A stretch of 64,000 nucleotides of DNA from Curvularia clavata (Eukaryota). The DNA is taken from contig CP089279.1 of NCBI GenBank assembly GCA_023920165.1, positions 1,798,001 to 1,862,000 on the forward strand, written 5' to 3'. Positions 11,135-24,525 of the stretch are shown here, one piece after another; position 1 is the first letter of the stretch; every line of letters begins with the position of its first letter. Below the pieces are notes generated by a model. It was given only the letters and a program-made list of their open reading frames with translations. It searched no databases and was not told the DNA's origin. A program made the translations under genes and the position numbers.

Positions 11135-14100
11135 ACGTGTTGGATAAGCGAGTGAGCCAGGCAAGCGAGTGAGCTACCCCACCAACTTTACGCATCTATA
11201 CAAGCGCGTAGCTCTACTATATCATAATAATATAGATATATATTAATATAGTAGATTAAGTAGTATCTATAGTATTATTTTTACATATACGCGAATTATA
11301 GCCAGCCTCTCTATATCTACTATAACGCGTAAAAGCCTAGCAGCTAATACCTAATCGCTCTTCTTTCTCTCACTTTTTATAAGTAATCTACTTATTAGTA
11401 TTATATTAAGTAATAATATTCTGACTAGCTCTCTTTATGAGTACTTCTTACTTCTATATCTACTTTTTTTTATATTATCTATACTTTAAAGCTATCTTGT
11501 TAGTTTTTTTAAGCTAGTAATTTAATTATATATAAGCTTAGCTAAAAGTATTATTATCTCTATCTCTTTCTTAAGTTAGCTAATTACTTTAATAATTAAT
11601 ATTAGTAAAAAGCTTTTATGCTATTAAATATAATTACTTATTAGTATTAATTAAGCTTTAAACTTACATATATTACTTAGTATATAGATCTACTAAAGAG
11701 CTTCTATAAAAGTTAGTAGAGCTAATATAGTTAGCATATATAGCTATATATTAAGCTTTAATAGAATAGTATCTAGCTAGAATGGAATAAAGCCTATACT
11801 TTAAAAAGCTAAGTAGATATTACAGTACTAGGACTAAAGTTTCGCCTCGCTAGCTCAACCCCGCCCAACACCACAATCTCCACCAGAACTTCGAACGCCC
11901 ACCACCACCGCCACGTGTATCCAATTCGACTGCGGAGTGTTTTAAATTATGGCGCGCGGTCCAAATATGAGTTTAACGGAGCGAAACATCATAATTGGCA
12001 TATTAACGGCGGGCGCAGGTTACCGAGAAGTTGCGGAGTACTTTCACCAAGACGCGACTACCATCCAACGCCTCCACCACAAGTACAACACCACCTACAC
12101 TACTGCCGACAGGCCTCGCTCCAGACGTCCACCAGTATTTTCAGACCGTCAGAAAAAGATTATTCGCCATATAGTTCGAAGAACGCCTAAAATCTACTAT
12201 AAAAAGCTTATTAACGAGGCTATATTTATAATCCCTAGTATGCCATCTCTAAAGCGCCTATGCCGCCGCACACTTTACTAGGTCCTTGCCAAACTAAATA
12301 TATATAAATATCAGTATAAGAGATGTCTAAAACTAACCGCGGAGCATATCAAAGCGCGTTATGCCTTCGCCCAAAGATATCGACAGTTCCCTTAGCACCG
12401 CCGCACTATAAAGTTCTCAGACGAGTGCTCTATTCAGAAGGGCTCCGGCCACTAACGCGAGTGGTGCTTCTGCTATCCAGATGAGAAATGGAAGGCGGAT
12501 ATAATTACTAAGCTTACTCCTTCACAGGGGCCCCAGCAGATGGTGTGGGGCGCTATATAGATAGACAGTCGTGGGCACCCTCGGCGGAGCTCACTCATCA
12601 TAATAGAAAGGGATCCAGATACTCCCCGCGGTGGATACAGCAGCCAAAGTTATATCCAAGTCCTTCGTCAAGGACTACTGCCTTACTGGCGGCCGGGTCA
12701 GATCTATATGCATGACAACGCGCGCATACATACGAGTCGCGCTATCCGTGGATTTCTCAAAGAACAAGGCATCAGAACACTCGACTGGCCACCATACTCA
12801 CCAGATCTCAACCCTATCGAACACCTCTGGTGGGCTCTAAAACGACGCATAGATAACTTCTACCCACAATATAGAAACTATAGCGTCGCCCAAGAAGAGT
12901 AGGATAGCTTTTATCAGGCTCTAAAAGACTGCTGGAGACAGATACCTAATTCACTTATCTTGGCACTGATCCACTCCATGCCGCGCCGCCTCACCGCCTG
13001 TCGACGCGCGTAAGGACACCAAACCAAATACTAGTATATAGGGAATATATTCTGAAATTTAATTGAAGAAATATGCTGTTTTGGTGGAGCAATGGCTGTT
13101 GTAATCATGGGAGTTAATTTGGGTGAGGGCGGGGCTTCCGCTAGCGCGGCGAAACTTTAGTCACATAGCTGTAGCTAACGTAAACAACTAATTAAAGGCT
13201 ACCTTAAATGCTGATAGAAACTTAAGCTTAGTAATATAGTTAATATAGTTATATATTAGATTCTCTATCTTATAGCTATACGCGCACTTTAATAGTAAAA
13301 AGTAGCTAATATTAAAAGACTAGAGTAGATAAGATAAGTAAGATAGTATATAGAGCGTATAAATATTATTCTCTTTATAGAGCTCTTAGAACTTAAATAA
13401 CTAGTAGCTCTTATAGCTATTAAGAATAAGCAGCTAGTATACTCTAATAATCTTACTATCTATATACTTAATAAAATACTTTAGCTACTTAACTTCTAGC
13501 TTATTAGTTCTCTAGCTATTATTACTAACTACGATTATCTAGTCGCGTAAGATTTCTATCTCCTTATACTAGATAGATAGATAATATTTACTAGTAAAAA
13601 TTAGAAATAGTAGAATAGACTAGCTAGCTATATTAACTATAGTAATAAATATTATCTACTTACAACTATCTAGCTAGATAGCCTTTAGTCGCGCTTTTCT
13701 TTCTAAAACTATAATAATAAGCTAAGTAGTAATCTTATCTATTATAAAGCTAGCTTTATTAAAGTTATAAATATTTTTATTATAGATATTATACTTAGTC
13801 TTTATCTACTCTATAAGCTTAAACTAGCTTTTAATTAAAACTAGATCTTTATATGGAGCTCTCTGTTTATTATATATCTAATTAAAACGCATTATAAGAC
13901 TATCTATATACTTGATAAAGTTAGCTAGCTACTTCTATCTAATCTGGCTAGCGCTACGCGTAGCTAATAGCTTATTAGCTATATCGCGTATAGTAGTATA
14001 TGTAGGCGTAAATCTATATAAATTAAGATTAAATATATAATTGACTATTACCTTCTTTTCTAGCTTAGTAAGCTTTTTTAAGATAGGCTAGCAATCACGT

Positions 14101-14345
14101 TAAATAGGGGAACTAGCGCGTTAGTAGTAGAGTATAGCTTGTAAGATATTATATATCTTAGTAGTATATCTTTCTATTTGAATTTACTTTATATTAAAAG
14201 CTAAAATTATAAAATATATATTAGCTTTAGAAGAGACTTTAGAAGCTTATTAGAGGGACGCTGTAGTTAGTTGAAGTTAAGATGTTGTGTAAAGTTAGTA
14301 GGGTGGCTTACTCGCTTGCCTGGCTCACTCGCTTATCTAACACGT
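11135..14345 (-). mobile_element. pogo/Fot1-type DNA transposon (RIPed), interrupted by a Tc1 element
   Basis: TA-ACGTGTTGGATAAGCGAGTGAGCC TIRs with an internal direct repeat; ~1.86 kb after removing the insert; antisense homology to the transposase at 27968-29619. Confidence 0.9.
11823..13171 (+). mobile_element. Tc1-type (DD34E) DNA transposon, 1.35 kb; transposase pseudogene ~11949-13034
   Basis: TA TSD; ~32-bp imperfect TIRs; motifs FSDE, VWGAI, HDNA-x-WPPYSPDLNPIE with 34 residues between D and E; several RIP-type stops. Confidence 0.92.
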
Positions 14346-15880
14346 TACTTAAAATATACTCTAAATATTTAGTCTAAGTAATATAGAATTTATTTTTCTT
14401 AATATGAAATTAGAGATCTATTTATCTGAGCTTTTCTATAATTTATTATATATAGTAGAGATAGTTTAGTTCTAATTTAAAGTAGATTAAAATATCATTT
14501 TAATAGACTATATAGAAGCTATCTAAATAATTAATTAATTTATCATTCATATAGTATTAATATATTATAGAGCTATTATATGATTTAAAAGATAATACTT
14601 TGGATTTAAACATTTTATATTTAGTATAAAACGTTATATACTTTTCTAAGTTAGAGTATACTCAGATTTTATCAAACAATATATATATATTAAGCTTAGT
14701 AAAGATTTTCATTTTATAAATATAGACTAGAAGCTTATTAATATATAGTATCAAATATACGTTTTATCAGTAATTAAATGAAGTCTATAGTAATTTATAT
14801 AGATATAGATATTTCTATCCAGCTTTTAAATATAGACAACTAGGAAGATAAAAATGTAGCTACTTGAGTTAATATATCTTTCTCTAAAGTTTTCTATTAT
14901 AAATATTTTAGTAGTTTTAAACTCTTTAATACTCTATTCATATAGAGAGCTAGATTAATTTAGAAAAAAGTCTAGTTAGTATAATTTCATAGTTATATAG
15001 ATGATATTTAGATAGTAATTCTACTACTATCTTACTAAAGATATTACGATATCAATAGTCTGTAGATAGAAATTAGTTCTAAATAAGTTTCGTATTTTTA
15101 AAATTATTTAGCTTTATACGCTTTTTTAAAACATAATTGATTTTATAGATATTTATTATAAAGAATTTATTTTTCTTCTACTTTATAAAAAAATAGAGAG
15201 TATTTACTAAGATAATAGTAATATAAAATAAAAATATTAGTTGAATAGAGTTTTAAGTAAACTTAGAAATAGATAGTTATAAATAAATCTTAGAAAATCT
15301 CAAGTATCTTCTAATTTTTAATATAAAAGTTCTTTAAAAACTATTTTGATTTCAGTAGTTGTTTTTTTTATAGTACGTCTTATTTTTATATATTCTATTC
15401 TATATTAGTATTAATAGAAAGTTATTTTAACTATATAAAAACAGAGAGTATAAAATTAATTATTAGAGAGTATTTAGCTAGCTATATACTTGAGTTTTAG
15501 TTGATATCAAGTTTAAGCTAAAACTATTTTAATCATTCAACTTTGATTATATAGTTTTATATCTCTAAATGTATAATTATAAAAAGATAGTTATAAATTC
15601 TTTTTTATTAATTTAGATATATAACTAAATATTTTTATCTATTTAGTTTAGACTTAGTTTCAAAATTCTTTAATTATCATTTTAAAAAAAAAATTTTGAA
15701 GAGATCTAAAGAGAACTAGAAAGAATATAAGTAATAATAAGATTCAAAAATAAAAGTTTTAGGCTCTAGTATTAACTCAAGAGTATAAGCTCATACTAAG
15801 CTTTTTTGAATAAAGAATTTTAGAGACTAAAAAGTATTTTCTTCTAAATAAGTAGAATAAATTAATCTTGACTAGGTTAT

Positions 15881-17038
15881 TTATTTATTTATGTTTTTAT
15901 TTCCTATAATTAGCTCGCCTATAACAATTAGCCCAAAATATATATTATATAAATAAGCGGCAGGCCGCCCCTCAGCCTACTAAAAATTAAGAAGTTAAGA
16001 TAAAGGACACTGTCTAAGTAGGGATTCAAACGCAAGGCCTTAGGCTCTAGACCTTAAATACTAAATATCTTAGATACTAAAGATTATCTAATCTCTATCT
16101 TAAAAAGTTAGTACTAGTCTAGATAAAACTAAACTATAAAATAATAATAACTATCCTATTAGATATCTAATAATAGATAGCAAAATCTATACTTAATAAA
16201 CTATAATTATAATAAAGATATACAGCATAAAGTAGTAGAATAGCTTATAGCTATTTATAAGTACTCTTCTCTTATAAACTTAGTTTTTAGTCTAGTAAAT
16301 TTATTAATATTACTCTCTACCTAATTTCTATCTCTTACGCAACTAATAATCTTTTTTAAAATTGTAATTTAACTATATTATTATACTCTATTAATCTATC
16401 TAAACAGCGAGAGATTATAGTTATCTTTATACTAAACGCTATATTTGCTTTCTATAATAGAATAGATATTAATGTCTTTTAAAATCTCTAGAAATTGCTC
16501 TCTAACTAGCCAAGGTATTTTAGCTATCTATTAGCCAAAAACTACTCTACCTTACTAAAAAAGTACTAGAGTAATAAAATTCGACTATACAAAATGTTAA
16601 CATTCTATACTACAATTATTAATAGCTAGAAAGCTCTTCAACTATATAAATTTAGATTCAACTTAATCTAGAAGATCTAAAAGAGATAGCTTAGTTAAAC
16701 TACTTATAACTAGCTTTATAATGATATAAGCAATATCTAATAGGCTATTATAGCCTAAATACTAACTAAAAAGTAGCGCGAATTTAAAGTAAAATTTTAG
16801 TCTAAGAAGAGTCAACATTAGATAGGGGCGTTGTTGTATTTTATTAGGGTAGAGTTAGAGATAGTAGAAGTTAAAAAGATAGAGATAGAGGATATTGATA
16901 TCGCCAATATAAGAGAGAGAGTTAATAATATATCAATCTAGCTTTATAGAGCTAGATATGCTGTGACAATTAGTTTAAAAATTAAACTATAACCTATAAA
17001 ATGTTTTATAAGATATTCTATACAAGGCCGAAGCTAAG
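15881..17038 (-). mobile_element. SINE-like retroelement, subfamily 1, copy F (longest, ~1.16 kb)
   Basis: (TTTA)n tail at left, AGGCCGAAGC at right; candidate 8-bp TSD TAGGTTAT (15873-15880, 17039-17046). Confidence 0.78.
16375..16941 (+). pseudogene. RIP-destroyed ~188-codon passenger ORF of the SINE-like element, function unknown
   Basis: Frame runs without indels from ATA (RIPed ATG) at 16375 to TAG at 16941; internal stops are all TAA/TAG; TATAAGTA at 16256; the un-RIPed copy B reads the C-terminus as EVKEVEMEDVDVADTREGVNDMSI*. Confidence 0.6.
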
Positions 17039-17291
17039 TAGGTTATATTTATTTATATCTAAAATAGAGAGTTTTTTTCCAATTCTAATAATTTTTTATT
17101 TAGTTTTTCTCTAAAAAGTATTTATATACTTTTGTAATCTTTTTTTTTTTATTCTAATTTCTTAGATTTAAAAAATAAAATACTAATTTATATAATATCT
17201 AGATTTTATATAGTTATAGTAATTATTTATAGTTAGCTTACTATTTAGTAAAGAGATCTTTGAAGAAAATCTAAAAGTATTAAAATAAATA

Positions 17292-19547
17292 CAGTGGGGG
17301 TTCATAAATAAAAAGTACTAAAAAAAGTAGTAGTTTTAGAACGACTAGAACTCGGCCGATAAAATAGCTAAAGATATAAAAGATACCATTATGTATAGGG
17401 ATTAGTCAGCAGTTTCAATCTAGTATTTTAGATATAGCTTAGTAAGCATGTATGAAATGCAATAAATTGTCCAAGTAGATTGAAGAAAACAAGCAAAATA
17501 AAAGCTATTCTTTCGCGCTTAAATTTTTGGATATTTATCATATTTAGTGTACATATATAATATATCTATATAACGTGGTTCACAAGCGAGCGGCTCACCC
17601 AACCAAGCGGCTCACGCCCCACCAGCGCGCCAACGTCGACACTACAACGCGTTATGTCTCAGCAACGCGATAATCAATTAACTTATCCTAAATCAGATCT
17701 TTAACTTGCTCTTTTTAATGTCCAATCGCAACGTGTTTAAAGCTAAAGACGTGCTGTCTCTATCTATAACGTGCCTCAAAGAACTTTGTCTTACCAACGC
17801 GCTGGAAGACGCTCTCGACGCGACTGCGAACCGAATTCAAAGCGCCTAAATAAGCTAGAAGAAGAGGCTATAGTTAAGCGTATTCTTAAAGAATCTACGC
17901 GAGGATTTGCGTCTATAAAGGCTGATATTTAAGTAATAGCTAATAAACTATTATATAAGCAAGAGAGCAACCTTACTAGTAAGAACTAGGTTGATAACTT
18001 TGTCAAGCGAACTCCTAAGATCCGTACGCGCTAGAGCTATCTCTATAATCACCAGCGAGCCGCCTACGAGGATCTAGTGGCTATCTAACGCTAGTTTAAC
18101 TTAGTCCAGGCGATAAAGCAGAAGTGGGGTATTATAGATAATAATATCTATAACTTTAATAAGACTGGCTTTATAATAGGTAAGATTTTATTATAATTAG
18201 TTATTATAGGCTTAGAAGAATATAGTAAAAAGAAGCGGGTACAGCTAGACAACCGTAAGTAGGTTACTGCGATCTAAGGCGTAGGCGCGTCGGGTCACTA
18301 GATACCACCCTTCGTTGTCTTTACGGGTAAGGTGCTTATTAACGTCTAGTTTGAAAATTTGCCTGCCGACTAGGTTTTTGAAATTAGTCCTAATAGCTAG
18401 ACGAATAATCAGCTTAGTATTGTTTAGCTAAAGCACTTTAATACCTATACAAAGAGGCATACTATAGGTGGGTATCGACTGCTAATTATTAACGGCTATA
18501 AGAGCTACTACTCCGTCGAATTTCAAGATCTTTGTAAGGAGAAGAATATCGTTCTTCTCTACATGCCTGCGCACTCGTCTCACCTATTGCAGCCTCTTAA
18601 CGTCGCCTACTTCTCGCCGTTAAAGCGCAAGTATGGCGACGCTGTTTCAGGCTTGGCACGCAACCACACCAACTATATCAGCAAGAAGACCTTCCTGCTA
18701 GCCTTTAAGGCGGCTTTTGAGCAGTCTATCACGAAGGAGAATATCTAAGCTGGCTTTAGAGGTGCTAGTCTAGTCCCACACGACCCACAGGCTATACTAT
18801 CAAAGCTTAATATGGTAGTGCAGACACCATATCAATCACCACGACGGGCAGCCGCCTAGGAGGCGCAGACACCATATAACGCGCGCGAGGTTGAGGCTCA
18901 AATTAGTCTTATTCAACAAAGCGTGAGAAGGCGCCGTGGGTCTTCTGCCAATTCACTTACTAAGCAGATCGCGCAGTTGAGTAAAGGGGCTTAGCAAATA
19001 GCATATAAGATAGTGCTTCTAACAGAGAAAATTACTACTCTTTAAGCGGCTCTTGACGAGTTAAATAAGCATAAGAGCCGCAAGCGGCGATATATACGGA
19101 TAGAAGAGACTCTTACTATAGGCGAAGTACAAGAAGTATTAGCTAAACAGGCGGGTAGTAGTCGTGGCGACGGTGAGAGTGCGTCGAAGAGGGTGCGAGG
19201 AGAGAGGCGGTGCGGGCGTTGTAAGCAGACTAGACACAACGCTCGTACCTATACAGTTAAGATAGATAGTGCAAGTAATAACGGCGATTCTAATAATTAA
19301 ATTAGTATATCGTAATAGTTTATTGACTGTGATAAAAGACCGTAATAACGTGTCGACGTCGGCGCGCTGGTGGGGCGTGAGCCGCTCGGTTGGGTGAGCC
19401 GCTCGCTTGTGAACCACGTTATATATAATTTATATTTCTATAGCTATATCTATTTATCTAAATAAATAATAATATAAGATTATAAATTTTAGCACTAGCT
19501 TACGTAACTAATAGCTTAGTCAGCTATTAGTCAGCTTATAGTATATA
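17292..19547 (+). mobile_element. Left end of a long-TIR Tc1-like element, interrupted by pogo elements
   Basis: TA-CAGTGGGGGTTCA TIR of the 5694 type; 19470-19545 is homologous to the pre-ATG region of the 33068-35178 element. Confidence 0.65.
17573..19419 (+). mobile_element. pogo/Fot1-type DNA transposon, full length, RIPed transposase from ATG 17654
   Basis: TA-ACGTGGTTCACAAGCGAGCGGCTCA TIRs; motifs PAHSSHLLQPL and C-terminal RRCGRCKQTxHNART; 1847 bp. Confidence 0.93.
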
Positions 19548-19720
19548 ACGCTAAGGATCAGCAAGCTGGCCAGATCAGCAAGCTGGTAACCCTATCTAAC
19601 CTAATTTAACTCTCTTCACCATTAATCTATAACGATATAGTCAAATTAAATAAAATTTAACAAATATAATTTATTATCTAGATTTATCTAAAGTAAGAGT
19701 ATAATATCAAATATAGCAGT
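19548..19720 (+). mobile_element. Left-end fragment of another pogo-like element
   Basis: TA-ACGCTAAGGATCAGCAAGCTGG with an internal direct repeat typical of pogo TIRs; truncated at the junction with Gypsy pol. Confidence 0.55.
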
Positions 19721-22700
19721 TTGTGTATATTAGCAGCGCGCGCTAGCGTCGCTAACTGCCCTTACTCTACTCTATCTCTATAACTACTCTTTCTATCTCT
19801 AAAGTAAGCTACTAAGTCTACTATATCTAGAGTACTCTACTAGAAGTACTATATTCACGCGGCTAATTCTACTTTTATTACTAGCACTAATTTGCTTCAT
19901 ATAGCTTTTTATTCTTTTCTATAAATATTACTACTAATTATATTATGTATTTATACTGCGATGTCTTTAGCAAGATAGTGGTAGAGCTACTGCCCGAATA
20001 TCGCCTATACGATTATAAGATTGTACTAACTGAACCTTTTCCAAATTAATTTAGTCCTCTATATAAGTAGAGTACTAAAGAACTTAAAGCTACTAAGATA
20101 TTCGTAATAGAAAACCTTAGAAAAGGATATATTAATCTAAGCTACTGCCTTTTCGCCTCTCTAGTCTTTTATATTCAGAAACCAAATAGAGATATTTGTA
20201 TCTATGTAGATTACCGCCAACTTAACGCAATTACTAAAAAGAATACGTATCTAATACCACGTATTAATAAGCTTCTAGCCCACACTTATAAGGCAAAAAT
20301 CTTTACCAAGCTTAACATACATACGGCATTTAATAAGATCTGAATATACCCTGACTTAGAGGAGTATACTATATTCCGCACTAGATATAGAACTTATAAG
20401 TCTAAAGTATTACCTTTTAAATTATATAATAGCCCTATAATATATTAACGCTATATAAATAATATATTAATTAATTATCTAGATAGCTTCTACATAGTCT
20501 ATCTAGACAATATTTTAATCTACTCTAGATTAGAACTGGACCACCCCCGCCACGTATAATAAGTCCTAGAAAGACTTAGGCAAGCAGGTCTCTAAATTAA
20601 TATTAAGAAAAGCGAATTCTATATTACTTAGACCAAATACCTAGAGTATATTTTAACTAACTAAAGTTTGGAGGTAGACTCTAATAAAGTAGAAGCCCTT
20701 TAAGATTAGGTCTAACCTACTACTATTACTAGTATAAAGTCGTTCCTAGAGTTTACTAGATTCTATAGATAGTTTATTCCTAAATATTTATAAATTATAA
20801 AACTTCTCCTCGCCTTCTAGAGCCTTTTAAGACTATTTGTATAGAATTTAGAGTATAACTAAGCTTTTAAAAAGTTAAAATCTATACTGCTAGCAATTTA
20901 TATATTATACTACTACCATCTAGAGTATAATACTAAGGTAGAGACTAACGCGTCTAATAGCGTTATAGTAGGCGTTCTTTCCCAAAAGTAGCTAAATAGA
21001 AATTAGTATCCTATAGCATTCTTTAGCAAGGTCCTATCCAGGTCTAAGCTAAACTAGAAAATACATAACAAAGAACTATTCGCCATCGTAACGGCGTTTA
21101 GCAAGTAGCGACCTAAACTGCTATTAGTACGCTCTCGTGTTAATGTGTACTCAGACCACCATTCCTTCAAATACTTTATAACTACTAAAGTCCTAAATAC
21201 CCGCTAAGTACGATAGATAGAAGAATTAGTATTCTTTAATTTCTATATCTAATACACCTCTAGAAAGAATAATATTTATACTAATATCTTTTTTTAATAA
21301 GAGTAAGATATAAGAAATCTAAAAATAGTCTAAATTAATAACTATTCGGGGGTCCTCCTAGAACTATACTAACTTAATAACTAAATTAACTCTAAACTTG
21401 CTAAAACCTATATAGCCTAACTCTAAGCAGAATCTTTCTCTTTACTTATAGTTGAGCCTATATTAGAGCTAATATCTTTTAATTCGCTAGAGCTAATCGA
21501 GTCTATTCTATAAGAGAACTAAACTTTATTTAAAATAAAGTAAAGGTCCCTTTTAGATAGATACTAAATTAAAAATAGACTCCTACTCTATTCTAACTAC
21601 CTATATATTTCTTCCACCTCTACTCTTATAACTTACTTTATTTAGAAAGTATATAACTAGATATTCTTAGCGCACCCTAGTATAAAGAAGACCTACTAAC
21701 TACTATCCTAGAAGTACTACTAGAAAGGTATAGAATCTATCTATAAAAGATATATATAGAATTATATAGCCTATAGAAAAGCCTATTCTAGATAGACCCG
21801 AACTCTAGAGATAATTTATTTTTTACTAATTTCTAACTAGCTAATATAGCACCTATATATTAACTTTAAAAAATTTCTCTAAGATTAATCTAGTTACGAT
21901 ATAATTATAGTCGTAATTAACTAGTTATCTAAGCAGGCTATCTCTATCCTCTACTATAAGACTATTAATATAAGAGGAATAGCTAACCTATTCGTATAAT
22001 AGATGTACTAATTTAGCTATACATCTAAAACTATAGTCTCTAACTAAGGACTATAGTTTATTTTAAGCTTCTAGTTAGAATTCTGCTAAATTCTAGACGT
22101 TAAGATTAAGCTATTAACTATCTACTATAAAGAAATAGATAGTTAGACAGAGATTATAAATAAGTATATTAATTAGAGATTACGTCTATTTATATTCTAC
22201 TACTAAGATAACTAGAGTAGACTTCTATCTTTAATTAATCGCGCTTAAATTTCCCTACTATATTCTTCTATTAGTATATCTCTATACTATATTCTATATA
22301 GTTCTAAACCCTAGTAGAGTTAGGACTAGAAATATTCTACTAGCCTTCTTACCTCTACTAATAAACTTAACTATAAGAATATATTAAAAATAGCTATCTA
22401 TATATATAATGTATAGAAGATAGCTAAAGAATAAATAGAGAAAGTCTAGAATAGGATATAAACTATAGTTAACTACTATTATTATTCTATTAACTAGAAT
22501 GTGGGAGATATAGTTTTCCTAAGTATCTAAAATCTCGCGTTAGACCATCTAAGTAGGAAGCTATCTTCTAAATAGAAAGGACCCTTTAGAGTATTTAAAA
22601 AAATAGAATATTTATATTACTTAGACTTTCTAAAAAAGTTCTAGATTTATAATATTTTTACTCTAGATTTATTATATAAAGATTCTTAAAACCCCCTTCT

Positions 22701-24525
22701 AGAATAAGAACCTCTAAAGCTTCTGGCCACTCCTATCTAAAGCGTAGAAGAATAGGAAGTAGAAGAAATTCTAGTAAGTAAGTTATACTACTTAAATTTA
22801 AAATACTAAGTATAGTAGGTTAGATATAATCTAGATTCTACTTAGTATCTAGCTTTAAACTTTATAGGAGCCCTATATAAGCTTAAGCTCTTCTATAAAT
22901 AATATTCTACTAAACTAGGACTTTTATATTCTATTAGTAAGTAGATTATAATATAGAAATAAAATATAGAAAATATAACTTTACTATAAAATAATAAAAT
23001 TTAGAAAAAAGAAAAAATAGAAATTTTATTAAGTATTAGTAATAAAGAAAACTTAAATCTAAATTTTATAACTACTAGTAAACCCTCTAAATATTATCTT
23101 ACTTAAAGCTTAATATTAGAGCGCTTTAGCTTAGCGTTAGCTATCTTCTAGTTAACTGCATCTTTATCCTCCTCTAAAAAGAAGGATAAACTAGACTATT
23201 TCTCTAACTTCTTAACCTGAAGGCTAATCTAGACGCTATCTTAAGCTGATCTAGCCTTAAAACGCAAAAGGCGTCTTTCTATACTATTAACTATATTAAC
23301 TAATTTTAAAATACTATTTTAGATATCCCTTAGAACCTAGTTCTAGGCGATAAGAAGCTAATTAACTAAAAGCTTTTTTTTCTAGGATCTAATAACTTAG
23401 ACTTTATAGATAATATCTAAAGTAGTAGTAGTAATTTAATTAAGTAATATCTCTATATTAGTATTAACTATAGGGCTATACTAAGCGATAGTATATAGCT
23501 TAATAGTATTAACTAAATTATAAAACTTCTTAAAGATGTACTTAGGAATCTATCTAGATTAGCTAAGCTATAAATAGTAAAGGAAAAGAAAAGTAAACTT
23601 ATAGAATTGCACTTCTCCTTCTACTAGATATAATAAAGACATTTCTTAGAGGAATTGGATAGATAGGCGTAAGTAATATCGAACTAACGGCGCGCTAAGG
23701 CGCGGATAGCTCGTAGATAGATAAAGCGATACGTATCTAGTAGCGTACTAGATAGATAATAAAGAGATATAGCGAAAACGAGTGCGTTAAGTTATAACTA
23801 ACTTATTTTAATTAAGAAGTATAGAGAAGAAAACTTAGTAGTAATACTATATTATTATTAATATATATACTAGAGGAGTAAATAGTCTTAGTATACGTAA
23901 CTTAGATAGCTATTAGACCCTAACTATAAATAAATCGCCGGCGACTTAGAGCTCTAATCAAAGCGTCCAGGCCTGTCTAGCAGGTGAAAGTAAACGGCCT
24001 AGCGGCTAGGCAGCAAGATAGCAGCGCCACGTAAGTACTAGAGTGGCTACTGAGGCTTAGGCACAGAGGCTTAAGTGAAGAACATGCACGGCCACAGGAG
24101 CCACACCAGAACTAGAGTATCCCATTAGCTAGAGTGGCGTAGTATAGGGAAAATCTAGAGAAATCAGGAACGAGAGACCTAATAGTGCAGGAAAGAAGAA
24201 TGACCACTAGAACTAATAGCTATAGGACTAGCTGTCTACTAGGAGGAGGGGTAATATAACTATATATAGACTAAAACATACCCTAGCTAGAATAGCTTAC
24301 TAAGATCTAATTAAAGGCTAGGTCAGATCTAATAAAGACCCGCCCCTAGGTATAAGTACTAGCTACCTTCTATAGATATTTGGTAGATTTTTAATATCCT
24401 TTCGTACTAGGTCTATAAGTGTCTACTAAATCTAAGGTATTTCTGCTGTCCCACGCACTTCCATATACATTTGAGTAACACTTCCTACCGGAACCGATTC
24501 GACTAGTCTTGCTCGCGCCGTTACA
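19720..24525 (+). mobile_element. Chromodomain Ty3/Gypsy relic 2: RT-RNaseH-integrase-chromodomain, long 3' region, PPT and 3' LTR (24255-24525)
   Basis: De-RIPed motifs LPEHRPYDH, CVDYRQLNAIT, YLDDILIYS, ETDAS, IHDKEL, VSDRGPQF, TDGQTE and chromodomain; PPT AGGAGGAGGGG; LTR TATAAC (RIPed TGTAAC)...GTTACA. 5' LTR and gag are missing. Confidence 0.92.
23000..23760 (-). pseudogene. Antisense spliced accessory gene of the Gypsy family (Cys-cluster plus helical domain), RIPed
   Basis: Minus-strand frame ...KKCLY[C]xQQKEKCNS | 53-nt intron 23602-23550 ([G]TAAGT...GCTAAT...TAG) | IPKY...LLVNQLLIAQNQVLRDIQN...; region and splice-like signals recur in relics 1 and 3. Ends approximate. Confidence 0.6.

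Larger units (their letters stand above)
6908..15872 (-). mobile_element. Chromodomain Ty3/Gypsy relic 1, heavily RIPed, with nested insertions
   Basis: Reverse-complement homology to 19720-24200: 3' region 6910-8400, chromodomain ~8560-9050, RT motif (ICVDYR-like) ~14780-14850. Interrupted by two solo LTRs and a pogo element. Ends approximate. Confidence 0.8.
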
